A DNA stretch of 20,000 nt from Chiloscyllium plagiosum (Eukaryota). The DNA lies in the NCBI RefSeq assembly GCF_004010195.1, contig NC_057749.1, positions 15,982,170 through 16,002,169 on the forward strand, read 5' to 3'. Below the pieces are notes generated by a model, which was given only the letters and a program-made list of their open reading frames with translations, searched no databases and was not told the origin of the DNA. The translations under genes and the position numbers were made by a program. Below, piece by piece: positions 1 to 11,254 of this stretch (position 1 is the first letter of the stretch; each line of letters begins with the position of its first letter).

Positions 1-229
1 GAATGCATCTCAACCCTGTAACTTGAGAATATTTTACTTACTTACTAAATGGAATACACTTCCAATAAATACATTAATCACTCTACCAGTGTCATTAGAT
101 TTAATCCTTAGGGCTAGTTTCCTCTTTAGGGGTTAATTATATACACAAACCCTTTATTAGTGAGACATCAAGCAATCTACAGCAGGTAATCTCAACACAG
201 GCGACTCTTCCAGAGAAAGCGAGCTGATT

Positions 230-480
230 GAAACTAAACAAGGAAATAGCTATAGATGATGGCCTCAACATGATATTGAAATAAAAACTCGCTTAGGGTA
301 TGGAAGAAAGACTCATGAACTATCTATCAACTTCTTTCAACTCTTTAAAAATCCAAAGATAGAGGACTACGATGAATTGGTTGAAGGAATATGCTCCTGA
401 TTGTAGACAAATGGGATGGGGATAACGTGCCTAATATATGATGAAATCATTTTCATGTCAAAATTTATGATGTCTTAATT
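230..480 (+). mobile_element. Possible decayed Chapaev3/CMC-type DNA transposase relic
   Basis: With frameshifts, 350-420 reads NPKIEDYDELVE/NMLL/RQMGW, resembling the recalled motif GNxKAENYxELVENMLxAYxxMGC. Recognised by eye only. Confidence 0.35.
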
Positions 481-2047
481 CTTATAATCCCCAACAAACG
501 TTCATATGTTGCATGTATATTGCTCTCTCATCCAGAAAAGCAAGTATATGACTGGATTTTGAGATTGCTGCACACTGGGAATGCAAATATTTTCTTTTTG
601 GAAGGCAATCTTAGCTCTCACATAAACAGGATGCTCACTTTTGTCTGTCAAATTTCTTCTGTGACTCAAATGAACAAAGACAAATGCTGTGGGGTGAGAA
701 CATGAAAAGTTACAATCTATGCAAGCACACCCTAGTACGGTCTGACATGAAGACAACGAGAGATTTAGGTGGGAGGGAAAGTGATAACTTGTGGTGAAAA
801 AATCTATGTTCAAATTATGCAGTTATCTAGAATACTGGGGCCCCTGAGTTGAAGAGAGTTTTAAACAAATTTCCAGATAGTAATACCAACAAGAAGTGTG
901 AGTGAGACAATTTGTTTAAACAAAAGGTAAGTAGACAATTCACTCTTCCAAGTTTTACTTTTCCTTGGTCCATCATTCACATGAGAATTAGCAAAGACAT
1001 GTACTCCACAGACTGGAGAGACATTATACGATTGAATGAGAGCAGTTAATATGCATTCTTGTTGACTTGCTGGTGTTATGTATTAAGCTAAACACCACTT
1101 CTGGGAAGTGATATACAATTATATAATAATTATTCTGACTATTTTTTCCTCAATTAATTTGATGGCAAAATGACTGCTGACAGCATTCAAATGGATTGCC
1201 ATATTTTCACTTCTACTGTTGGTAGATTGTTAATTTGATTTCATCTCCTGTCTGATGAAGAAAAACGTGTTTGAAGATCTATTGCATTTCTTTTGTTGTC
1301 TACCCTTTCATAAAGACACCATTATACTGGGGCACGGTCAGCTAGGCTCCAACACCCCTCACTCCTCCAAGTGACGTATAGTGAGAGCCTGCCTGTCCAC
1401 GTGAGGTCTGAGATTTGACTGATTACTGCCCTCCCCCAACTTCCTAACAGCATGTCACCAATGGTGCCAGTCATTTGGACCCTTGAGCTTGTTCTGCCAT
1501 TCAATAAGATCATGACTAATTTGATTACTCCACATCCACAACCATCTGCGATAACCTTTTACCTTCTTACTTACCAAGAATCTAACTAGGACATAAAAGT
1601 ATTCAAATACCCTGTTTCCACCACCTTTTGAGGAGGTGTTTCAAAGATTCATGAACCTCTGAGAAAATCTTTCCTAATCGCTGTGTAAGTCGATAACCCT
1701 TTATTTTAAAACTGTGATTCCTGGTTCAAGGTTCTCCCACAAGACAAAGCATTCTTTCCCCAGCTAGTCAGGATCTTATGTTTCAATCAAATCGCCCCTC
1801 ATTATGCTAAACTTCAACTGATACAAGCTTAGTCTGACCAAATTGTACTCATGAGAAAACCCACCCATTATAGATATCTGTCTGTAAGACCTTCTTAGAT
1901 GCTTTTAACACATTTTCATCCTTCCTTAAATGAAGCAACTAATACTTGACAGACACAGTACTTCAGATGTGGTTTCACCAATGCCTTGTATAAATGAAGC
2001 ATAACCTCCCTATTTTTGTATTCAGTTTCTCTTGCAATACATTCTAT

Positions 2048-2349
2048 TAGAATAATAGAATCTCTATGGAGGCAGGCCATTTGACCCATTGAGTCCACAC
2101 CAACCCTTTGAAGAGCATCCCACCACGGTCCCCGCCACCCCCCACCCGTAACCACTCAATTCCCCAGACTAATTCACTAAGCTTATACATACTGCTTGAC
2201 TATGGACAATTTACTATGGCCAATCTGCCTAACCTGCACAACTCTGGACTGTGGGAGGACGCAGGTCACTGGTTGCCCAAGGCGGGAATTGAACCCAGGT
2301 CCCTGCCGCTGTGATGCAGCAGTGCTAACCACTGAGCCACAGTGCCACA
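2048..2349 (-). mobile_element. HE1-like tRNA-derived V-SINE, with partial deletion of the V domain
   Basis: The minus-strand head gtggcactgtggctcagtggttagcactgc has A box TGGCTCAGTGG and B box GGTTCAATTCC. The body has gtgcaggttaggcagattggccat. It ends in a CR1-like tail and is homologous to 15055-15373. Confidence 0.9.
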
Positions 2350-2483
2350 CAGGTTTTCTAACTACTTGCTATTGCAGAATATCAATCCTTGGGATTAATA
2401 TGCAAGAACTTGCTGCATAAGATAATGTGCTTTTAAAAAAATTTCTTGTCAAAGTGGACAATTTCACCATTTCCCACGTTATA

Positions 2484-4093
2484 TCATGGTTGTGGGAATG
2501 TTTGCCGAGCTGGGAAGTTGATTTGCAGATGTTTTGCCCCCTGTATAGGTGACACCTTCGGTGCTTTGGAGCCTCCTGTGAAGCGCTTTGGTACTCTCTC
2601 TTCTGGAACTTATTTGCTTCAGTTCCTGCTGCTTCCAGTTCCAGTTCAGTTCTGGTCGTTCGTTATAGTAGCTGGTATATTGGGTCTAGGTCTAAGTCCT
2701 TGTCGATGGAGCTTACGGATGAATGCCATGCTTCTAGAAATTCTCTGGCTGTCCTACATTTAGCTTGTCCTATGATCATTGTGTTTTTCCAGTCAAATTT
2801 GTGCTCCTTGTCATCTGTGTATAGCTACTAGGGACAGGTGGTCGTGATGTTTAGTGGCTAGTTGGTGTTCGTGGATGCGGATTGCTAGTTGTCTGCCGGT
2901 TTGGCTAAAATAGTGTTTTGTGCATGGAATCTTCTTGCATGGAATCTTCTAAATTACGTTTGTCTTGCACATGATGGGTATAGGGTCTTTTGTCCTGGTG
3001 AGTTGTTGTCTGAGCGCGGCTGTCGGTTTATTGGCTGTCATGGATCTGAATAGTTGGAGAAGTCTGGCTGTCAGTTCCGAGACGTTTTTATATTAGGTAG
3101 AGTGATTAGTGTGTTGTGTCATGGCATGTCCATGTCACGTTGTTTGTCTATTAGGCATCTGTGAATGAAGTTGAAGGGATATCCATTCTTGAAGACTCTG
3201 CAGGAGGTGTTCTTCTTCTTCTCTTCGCAGGTTGGGAGTGCTGCAGTGTGTTGTAGCTCTTTTGAACAGGGTTCTAATGCAGCTTCTCTTGTATACGTTT
3301 GGGTTGTTGCTGTTATAATTCAGGATCTAGTCAGCGTGCGTGGCTTTTCTGTACACTCTGGTGGAGCATTCACATCCAGGAAAGGGAATTGATTGTTGGT
3401 TTCCTCCTCTCTCATAAATCTGATACCTTGAGCATGGTGTTCTCAATTTCTGTTCTCTCAGTAATTACAAAAGTGTCATTCACACATCTGATCCAGAATT
3501 TGGATCAGATTTGTGGGAGGGTTGTTTGTTCAGTCTTTGCGTCACTGTTTCTGCTATGAGCCCAGAGAAGGTTGATCCCATAAGTGTCCCATTGATCTAT
3601 TCATATATTTGGTTGTTGAATGTGAAGTGTGTTGTCAAGTACAGGTCTAATAGCTTGAGCGCGTGCCCTTGTTGATAGGTTCCCCATTGTGTTGGCTGTT
3701 CTGCTTGCCCAGGAGGTTGGCTATTGTCTCTCTGGCTAGATTTTTGTCAATTGAAGTAAATAGTTCCGTTACAATGAATGAGACCATTGCTTCGTCCTTG
3801 TCTTGATGTTGCCTAGGAATTGCTATGACGTCTATATGGCGTGTTTGGATTGACTAATAGGATGTTTCAGTTTTTGTTGAAGTTCTTCTGCCAGTTTATG
3901 TGATGAAGCAGGAATGGAACCAAATAAATTCCAGAAGAGACAGTACCACAGCGCTTCACAGGCGGCTCCAAAACACTGAAGATGTCACCTAGACAGGGGA
4001 CAAAATATCTGCAACTCAACTTCCCAGCTCAGCAAACATACCCACAACCATGGCAACTGGCACCAGAGCTACAAATCTTTACGCAAACCTTGA
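2484..4093 (-). mobile_element. Penelope-like element (decayed RT plus GIY-YIG endonuclease) with inverted pseudo-LTRs
   Basis: Minus-strand peptides are MVSFIVTELFTSI, GTLMGST..GLIAE, WIRCVNDTFVI (the YVDD position), QTGRQLAIRIHEHQ and HKFDWKNTMIIGQA. Inverted arms lie at 2485-2635 and 3905-4052. Flanks are acgttata (2476-2483) and acattata (4094-4101). Confidence 0.92.
2921..2950. repeat. Perfect 15-bp tandem duplication (tgcatggaatcttct)x2
   Basis: Read directly at 2921-2935 and 2936-2950. Confidence 0.95.
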
Positions 4094-4234
4094 ACATTAT
4101 ACCCTATTTACCAGATCTTTCCCCATTCGCTTAGTTTACCTATGTCTGCTTGTAGCCTCCTTATTTCATTTTGACATCTTACTTTACTACCTATTTTTTG
4201 TGTCATCAGTAAGTTTAGCAACCATACCCATTGG

Positions 4235-4284
4235 GCAAAAGTGAGGACTGCAGATGTTGGAAACCAGAGCACCACTCTGATCTA
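4235..4284. mobile_element. 50-bp retroelement terminal fragment with a perfect 15-bp target-site duplication
   Basis: aaccatacccattgg occurs at 4220-4234 and 4285-4299. The insert gcaaaagtgaggactgcagatgttggaaaccagag... resembles the terminus of an abundant shark Penelope-type repeat. Confidence 0.8.
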
Positions 4285-5206
4285 AACCATACCCATTGGT
4301 CTCTTCATTTAAATTGTCCAAGAAGGAGAACCCAGCACTGATCCCTTTGGCGCACCATTCATTTACATTTTGCCAAGAAAATGACCTACTTATTCTTATT
4401 CTCTGTTGTTTGTTGGCTAGGCAACTTGCTACGTTATCCTTTACACCTTGAGCTTTTTCCTGCAATAGCCTCTAATGTGGCACCTATTTCTAGTTAGCTT
4501 CCACTTGTCCTTGGTTCCTTCTTTCTTCTTCTTTCAGTAATGCTTTGATTTTTAAAAAAATATTCTGTACAATCTCTGATCTGCCAGCCACCTTTGTTGA
4601 ATTATATGCTTTCCTTTAAATGTGATCCTATTTTCGACTTGTTCAGTTAACCACAGATGGTTGGTACTTATTTTGTGCTTGAATATATCTACCCTGTGTA
4701 CCAAATGGTTGTGATCAGAAATGCCTCTCCAAGCAGGAGCTGACCCTTATGGGTGAGCTCTACCACTCATTTGACAGAAAACCTGGCCATGCATCTTGAA
4801 ACCTGCAAAAGACAGTCAAGTTCGTTGATGATTAACTGGACAGTGAAGTGAAATCAGAAGCTATAAATGGCTGCCAGTCAGAGCTTCAGAGCTGATGAAA
4901 TGGAATGATTGACAAGTGCGATTGTTGTTCTAAACTGATGGAGGTTACATCAAAGGAAAAGTCATCAACTTAAAAAAAGGTTATAATGTGTGATTTCTTT
5001 GCATATTAAAGTGGAATCATGGCAAAGATTTTGGTGTGGCAAGGCTGAAGTAATGAAAAATAAAAAGGAGTAAAGCAAATATTGAGAAAAGAAAAATTGA
5101 AGTGGACATTCAAAAGATTTAAAAAGCACAAGTGCATTTAAGAAACATGCAAAAAAAAGTCAAAAAGTTAAGATTGTAAAGGATAATTGAAAAGAAGCAA
5201 ACATAC

Positions 5207-5269
5207 CATTAGTCGGATGCTTTGCAAACGAGACAGAAAATCTTTTAACGGCTGGCATAGATAACATTT
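5207..5269 (-). CDS. PPIP5K1: Internal coding exon (63 nt, phase 1-1) of PPIP5K1, likely a cassette exon
   Basis: Minus strand reads ttttgtttcctcag|AAATGTTATCT...CCGACTAATG|gtatgt. It splices in frame after the 126-nt exon and gives EMLSMPAVKRFSVSFAKHPTN(G), matching recalled PPIP5K1 ELLFVPAVKRFSVSFAKHPTNG. Confidence 0.93.
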
Positions 5270-5976
5270 CTGAGGAAACAAAAAGGACTGAAGTTAAAAC
5301 TAACACTGCAGTTTTAACACAGAACTCCCCACATTACATGAGCGGGTGATGACTCCTTAGAAGAAAAATGCAACCCAATCCTCTCTCATTGGGGCCTCTT
5401 CCTTCAACACTTTCTCCTTTAGGTTGGGAGAAGAGTGGAACGCTTTTTATGGATTGCACTGCCCTGAGCTGGACTATCAGGAGCAATGTTTGGCATGTAT
5501 TAGGTTGGCAATGTATCTTTCTCCAGATGTATCCAACCAACCATTCCAATGTAATTTTATTTTAGGCAATGCTGGCCTGACAACTGAAAGTCTTTAAGTC
5601 CAAGAGTTCAATTGCAAACAAGACCAGAGACTCAAAAGAGTGAAATGGAGATCCTAAACTGGCTAACTCCCACTTGCCATATTTGAAGAGTCAGGTGTCC
5701 TTTACGGGTCTTTGGTATTGGTAAATAAACAATATTTAGATCTACTACATCTTTTCCACTCATGCCACATCTCAATTTTTGGTGGTCACCACATGCCATA
5801 GCGTAGCTGGGTGTCAGCAGAACTGAATTATCTCTAGGAATGCTCCAGCACCAATATTAATGGTGCCAGCACAAAGTTTGTCTTTCCTTTTTTGAGAAGC
5901 AAAATGAAATTAAAATAGCCCTCCTAACACACCAATTTATTGTTATGGACTGTCATATTTGTTTGCCATTAAATAT

Positions 5977-6387
5977 GAAGAACACTATTAAGCTGCAGCG
6001 GGTTCAGAAGAGATTTACCAGGATGTTGTCGCGTATGGAAGGTGAGTTATAAAGCAAGGCTGGATAGGTTGGGACATTTTCCACTGGAGCGCAAGAGGTT
6101 GAGAGGCGACTTTATAGAAGTTCATAAAATCACGAGGGGTATGGATTGTCAATGGTAGTTGTCTTTCCCTAAGATGGGAGATTTCAAATCTAGGGGACAC
6201 GTTTTTAAGGCGAGAGGAGAGAAATTTAAAAAAGACTTGGGGGCAAGTTTTTTTTACACAGAGGGTAGTTCGAGTGTGGAATGAACTTCCTGAGAAAGTC
6301 GTGGATGTGGATATAATTGCAACATTTAAAAGACATTTGGATAAGTACATGAACTGGTTGGACCATGCTGTATGACTCTGTGGTTCT
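5977..6387 (+). mobile_element. CR1 LINE 3' fragment
   Basis: Decayed LQRVQKRFTRML, LRGDFIEVHKITRG and FTQRVVRVWNELP motifs, ending ccatgctgtatgactctgtg. Confidence 0.9.
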
Positions 6388-9300
6388 CTCTTGCTGGTGA
6401 GTCATGATTTTACTTTCATTGCATGCATTTGAGCCGTATGTGCAGAAATCTGTCACTTCATTGGGTGGCAAGTAGTGGAACTTGCCGGTCTCCCCATTCC
6501 TGCTTGTCATTACAATGCTGGCGAGGTCTCTGTATAACAACATTATACTCAGTTATTGTCTCTAAAGATCAGGTGAGTTACAGGAACACAGTTTGGGTTA
6601 ACCATACCTGGCACTGAGTCAGCACATCAGCATTCCCCCTCACGTTCTCACAGGAAATCTCCCAACGTAAGTAATTCATAACATACATAATTTATGATTC
6701 CTTGAGGCATTTTCTAAAACAACTAATATTTAATCCTAACATCTCTCATTTCCTGGAGAAAGAGAGCATAACCAATCACTGCATACCTTTGCCCCATCCC
6801 TGTGACTCGAATGATCATTGGTGAATATTAAGTTGCCAAGAGTAGAATTGTGGATAAAATGAGCAGAATGATGTAATTAAGCAAAACATACAAGACTCTT
6901 GGAATATGGCAAGCACTAATTGCTTTTCTCTGGTGATTGGACGTTGGCTATCATAAAAATCTTAGAGAGAAAATGCCCCATGATTTTTATTGTTTGACTG
7001 AAACCAGTTGCCCTCTTCTGTGGACTTTCACTAAGATACAGTCTCATGGTTCCCCTTTATCCAAGTGACATTTGCCTCTCGTCTCTCCAACCAAAGGGGA
7101 GATCACAGTTCAGTCGACCCTGTCTTTGCCCAACAAATCTCGACATGGGTGCCCAGCTTGACAAACACACCACATAGGTAGATAGTCACAACACTCAAGA
7201 TTCCAGCATGAATTGCTGGATGGTGGTCAGTAGTGGCAGACTGTGCCCTCTCCAAACAATGCTCATGAAGGCCAACCTTAAGCCCCTATTGTTGCTTCAG
7301 ATCCAATCAGCAAACTCACCAGGGATTTAGTGAGGTTCTGCTGCTTACTGCGTAAATCAGCTGACCTACAGGAAGAGTACAGCTTGTGTGGCAAGCAATC
7401 GTAAATTCTCTATTTCAGCCCAGAATCTGCTAGAGACTGGATTATAGCCATTATTGGTATATGGTATTTTCATCATACACTAGGAATGGAAAGTTCTGTC
7501 AGAGATTAAGTGTAGGCTGGCTAGTCAATCAATCCACATTAATATTATTATTGCCTTTGATGATGAATTGCTTTGAAAAATGTTTGTAGATTGCTAGAGC
7601 TCAAGCCAACTTGGATTAGTTCTTTGGCTTCTGGGTACAATAGGTCTATAAATTCACTGAAGACCTGCTGGTTCAGAGCTCTGCGAATGCTTAAAAATAC
7701 CTATAAAAACTTTGATCAGAAGAGAAAAGATTCTCAAGAAAAAACATAGTATTCTTTTAAACATCACAACTTCAGAGCTTTATGAAGGTGTAGCAAAAAG
7801 ATGCAGGGCCAGATAAAAGGGAACATAGAAAAGAGGAAGCAAGGATAAAGAGAAAGTTAGACCAGTTGTATTGCTCAAGTCCTACACCCCTTTCCAAAGT
7901 CATACAAGTGTAAAACAAAACACTTCGCACAATTTTCTGTCGCCTGTCTTAAATGGTATTCCTTTAAGAAATCGGGATGAATTCTGCAGCTTTCCTTAAT
8001 GATAGCCTATTTCCTATGATTTATCAAAGCCATTTTAATGAATGCAAGGCTGCAACATTACAATTATCTTTCTGGAGCTCAAACTACCACTTTTTAAAGA
8101 ATGGCTTTGTATCATAATTATCCTTCATGTACTTATTGAAGGATCCAGTTCCATCATATGACTTGGCATACCACCCCATGTTGCACAGTTGCTTGCTTCA
8201 GTCACATCGTCACCAAGGATGGGCAAAAGAAGATTCAGACAATCAAGCCTAAAACATCAGCACACTGAAGGTTATTCTTCAGGGGACAGTGACAAGAAGA
8301 GTTGGTGTCAGCAATTCCTGAAGGTGCGATGCCTCATCCAGAAACATATTTCCAAAACTGACCTGGTACAATTCTTCACACAGATGCTCTAGCTAACATT
8401 AAGATTGCTTCAATTTTCAATTGTTATATTGCCACAATTAAGACTGTTATTTTGCTGTCAAAATTGGAAACAGTCTACGTAACAGGAATATTTTCCTTTA
8501 TACCCCTGAACAATGCAGGTATTATTGCAAGTGTGTGAAGATTTAGTACAAAGGAGAAAGTGAAGTATAACTCAAGACAAACTAAAAGAGTTACATCTTG
8601 AATGCATACACTACTTGTAGCATCTGCCCAACGTAAATGTTATGGGTAAATTTTATCTTGCAATGACAGCCAGTAGAATCCACTTCCACTGGCAACAGAA
8701 ACATCCTTAACTTTATTTAGTCTACCCTACAACTGTCTGTATTCATTTATTCAACTCAAAAACCCTTGGCCAAAGAACACTGTCAAAACAAAAGAGTAGT
8801 GTTTTGTGAACTAAAAATATTGATAGCTATATAGAATTATAAGCAAATAATAATTAATACATGAATTGGTGAGGCACTGCATTTATGAGGTGTGTGTGAA
8901 TGCAACAGAAGTCAATGATTGCCTCGTGAAGTAGTCTTCCCCATCCTGCATTCCAGACATATCCATAACATACTCTCCCACTGAAATTAATGGAGAGAGT
9001 TTGGAGAACCTTACATAACAGATTGTCAAATGTTCTCACATTGCAATTAACAAAACGTCAAGCTGGCAAAACAGCTTACCTTTCCCAGGAACAAGTGCAA
9101 GCCTGCAGTATAATACAACAAAGACTGGCATATCAATTAACTTGGAGACAATTAAAAGTGGGCATTAATCCTGACGGTGACATCCACACTCTGGGAATGA
9201 ATAAATACATGTTTTTAAATGTGCCCCACCCTTTAGTGATCTCAACACCCATTTAGTTTTTATTATATTTCATTTTAGGTCTGCTCCATTTAGAAAAAAA

Positions 9301-10761
9301 ACTGAACAGGCATTAGAAAACAGGAAACATGGTCCTACACCCATGCAAACACACATGCATAGAACACTTTTATCCATGGGCAGTAAGTGGGATTTGGCAG
9401 TATGATTCTGATCTGTCGGTTCCATATCACACTTTACAGGCATTAGTGGTGGAAGTAGACCCTGATGTTAATATCTACAATAATATTAAACATTATATAG
9501 AATAGGTCCTTCCACACAAGTGGAATATGGATGTCCTTATTACCACCTACCCACTGTTTATTATGGTGAATTGTCTGCTTGCTGGCAGTTTCAGTAAGTA
9601 CCTCAAGAAAGAAGCACCACAGAGAAGCTCATCAGTTGGATTCTGTATCTCACTGACAACAAATCCAGTTATTCAATTGACAGGTTAAACATCCCCTCAT
9701 TTATCAAACTTTAAGCTAAACATTCAGTATTTAATCTAGAGCTAAGTACTCATTAAACTGCACAACATTGTAATCTATTTCTTCATTTTCTCCATTCCCC
9801 TCCATTGTGCCTTGCTATCCTGAAGGAACTGACTGGGGTGAAGTACCAGAAATTCCTCACTGAGCAACCAGTTTTCACTCTGTACCCAAGTGATCATTAG
9901 GTTATTTAACTGGATAGAATTTCAAGGTGGAACCTGTGAACCATTCTGGGGTCAAAAGGGCAAGAGAATGATGAGTGATTACTATGCCCCCAAAATGCAA
10001 CTGACGCCATCCAACTTCACTGAATAGGTGGTGAGCGCAAGGACTTTCACTGTCCAGATGGCTCCATTTCACAGCACATCTGACACTACAGCCAATGGCA
10101 GTTCATGGATCCATACGTAACATATGCCTGAAGTCTTCGCCACTAATCAGGTTCCTACACCTATCAGAATCTTCTGACGATGATTAATCTGTGGCTATTT
10201 GAGAAATATTCCTGTGTTAACAGTAAATCAAGAGATCCTTTTCCTAAGCGGAAGTGCATCAATAATGAGCTGATGCTCAAACTGTCATGGCGATTTCAGG
10301 CATCATTGGCATCTAGAGCATGTTAGGTCTAAAGTTATTGATTAACAGATGTATTTACTAAGCTGAATACTGCCTTTGGAAATGTATTGTCTGTGCACAT
10401 TATTACACATGCTTGATCTGGTTTCTCTTGCTGTTTATATGGGAGACATCCAATCATTCATTGTATCTAGGTTAATCCTCCTTAAATTTGCAGACAGTGA
10501 AATTGGATATGTCACTAGAATCACTATCACTCTAAGCAACAGCTCTCACATGATAATATTGCAAATGTCTGATCCACAATCAGGGAAGAGTTACTGTCTA
10601 TGGGTGAAAAGTCATTGATGTTTTTGGAAACCATCACCCTCCCCAGAATGACATTTCTACTGAGATAATTTTAACAAAATGAACGTAGGCTAAGATGCAG
10701 CATTTGGATCTCTTCCAGCACTGTCGAGCCATCAAATTGAAAATAGTTCTCAACAACCTAC

Positions 10762-10887
10762 CATCCTTCAAAGAAAAGTAACTGGAGCCACTTTTTCTGC
10801 GGTGCGAGCGGGCGTAGTCTTGGAGGTTAGGGGCACTAGAAGAGCCACCAAGTACTGTGGTACTGAACAAACCAGCACACTGGGAAC
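10762..10887 (-). CDS. PPIP5K1: Internal coding exon (126 nt, phase 1-1) of diphosphoinositol pentakisphosphate kinase 1
   Basis: Minus strand reads cctaaccatctcgtgtgcag|GTTCCC...AAGGATG|gtaggt. Translation is (G)[41 protein letters not shown], matching recalled human PPIP5K1 [29 protein letters not shown] better than PPIP5K2 (GSHC..STSV..RTH). Overlaps ORF 10634..10870. Confidence 0.93.
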
Positions 10888-11254
10888 CTGCACACGAGAT
10901 GGTTAGGCATTAGGTCAAAAAGAGGTTTAGTACAATCCCCCATGCTGCATGATTTTATTTAATGTAAAACACATACATGCAGGACAGGTATGAGATAACG
11001 TTTTAAAGAACATCCAAAATCATGCCAGTATTTCAGAATGAGGAATTAGGGATCCATTACTTAAAATTTAAAAAAGTGAAGATAAACTTCATAAATGCCC
11101 CAAATTACCAGTTTCTACACCCATCAGATGTTTTATACACCTCTACATTTCTCTAAACAAAATTTAAATGTGGAAACACTAAATCTGTGCATATTATACC
11201 TCCAGATGGTTTTACTAGCTATGTCGAGATTTTAAACATTTTCACCACCCAACA

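Larger units (their letters stand above)
1465..4715 (-). mobile_element. Old, decayed CR1 LINE (ORF2/RT to 3' end), interrupted by a SINE, a Penelope element and a 50-bp insert
   Basis: Shark-type CR1 3' end at 1465-1515 (gccattcaataagatcatg). Minus-strand peptides include IARETEYKNREVMLHLYKALVKPHLKYCV (~1950-2040), GMVAKLTDDTK (a FADDTK RT motif, ~4195-4230), a GVPQGSVLG-like stretch (~4330-4355) and a VPHxRLL-like stretch (~4460-4485). Confidence 0.88.

Noticed and set aside
502..813. 103-aa minus-strand ORF with an acceptor-like ttctcaccccacag
   Set aside because: It does not resemble the expected next PPIP5K1 exon (GFEGCSMVPTIYPLETLHN) or any family I recognise, so it is likely chance.
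2280..2349. tRNA-like A and B boxes, also at 15305-15373
   Set aside because: These are SINE heads attached to a SINE body and LINE-like tail, not tRNA genes.
4744..4802. Acceptor cttttgcag| followed in phase 1 by GFKMHGQVFCQMSGRAHP*
   Set aside because: It starts with GF like the next PPIP5K1 exon but diverges at once and stops. The true exon probably lies left of the window.
5334..5583. ORFs 5334..5549 and 5368..5565 next to the 63-nt exon
   Set aside because: No recognisable homology, only a weak donor, and stops in the phase-1 frames.
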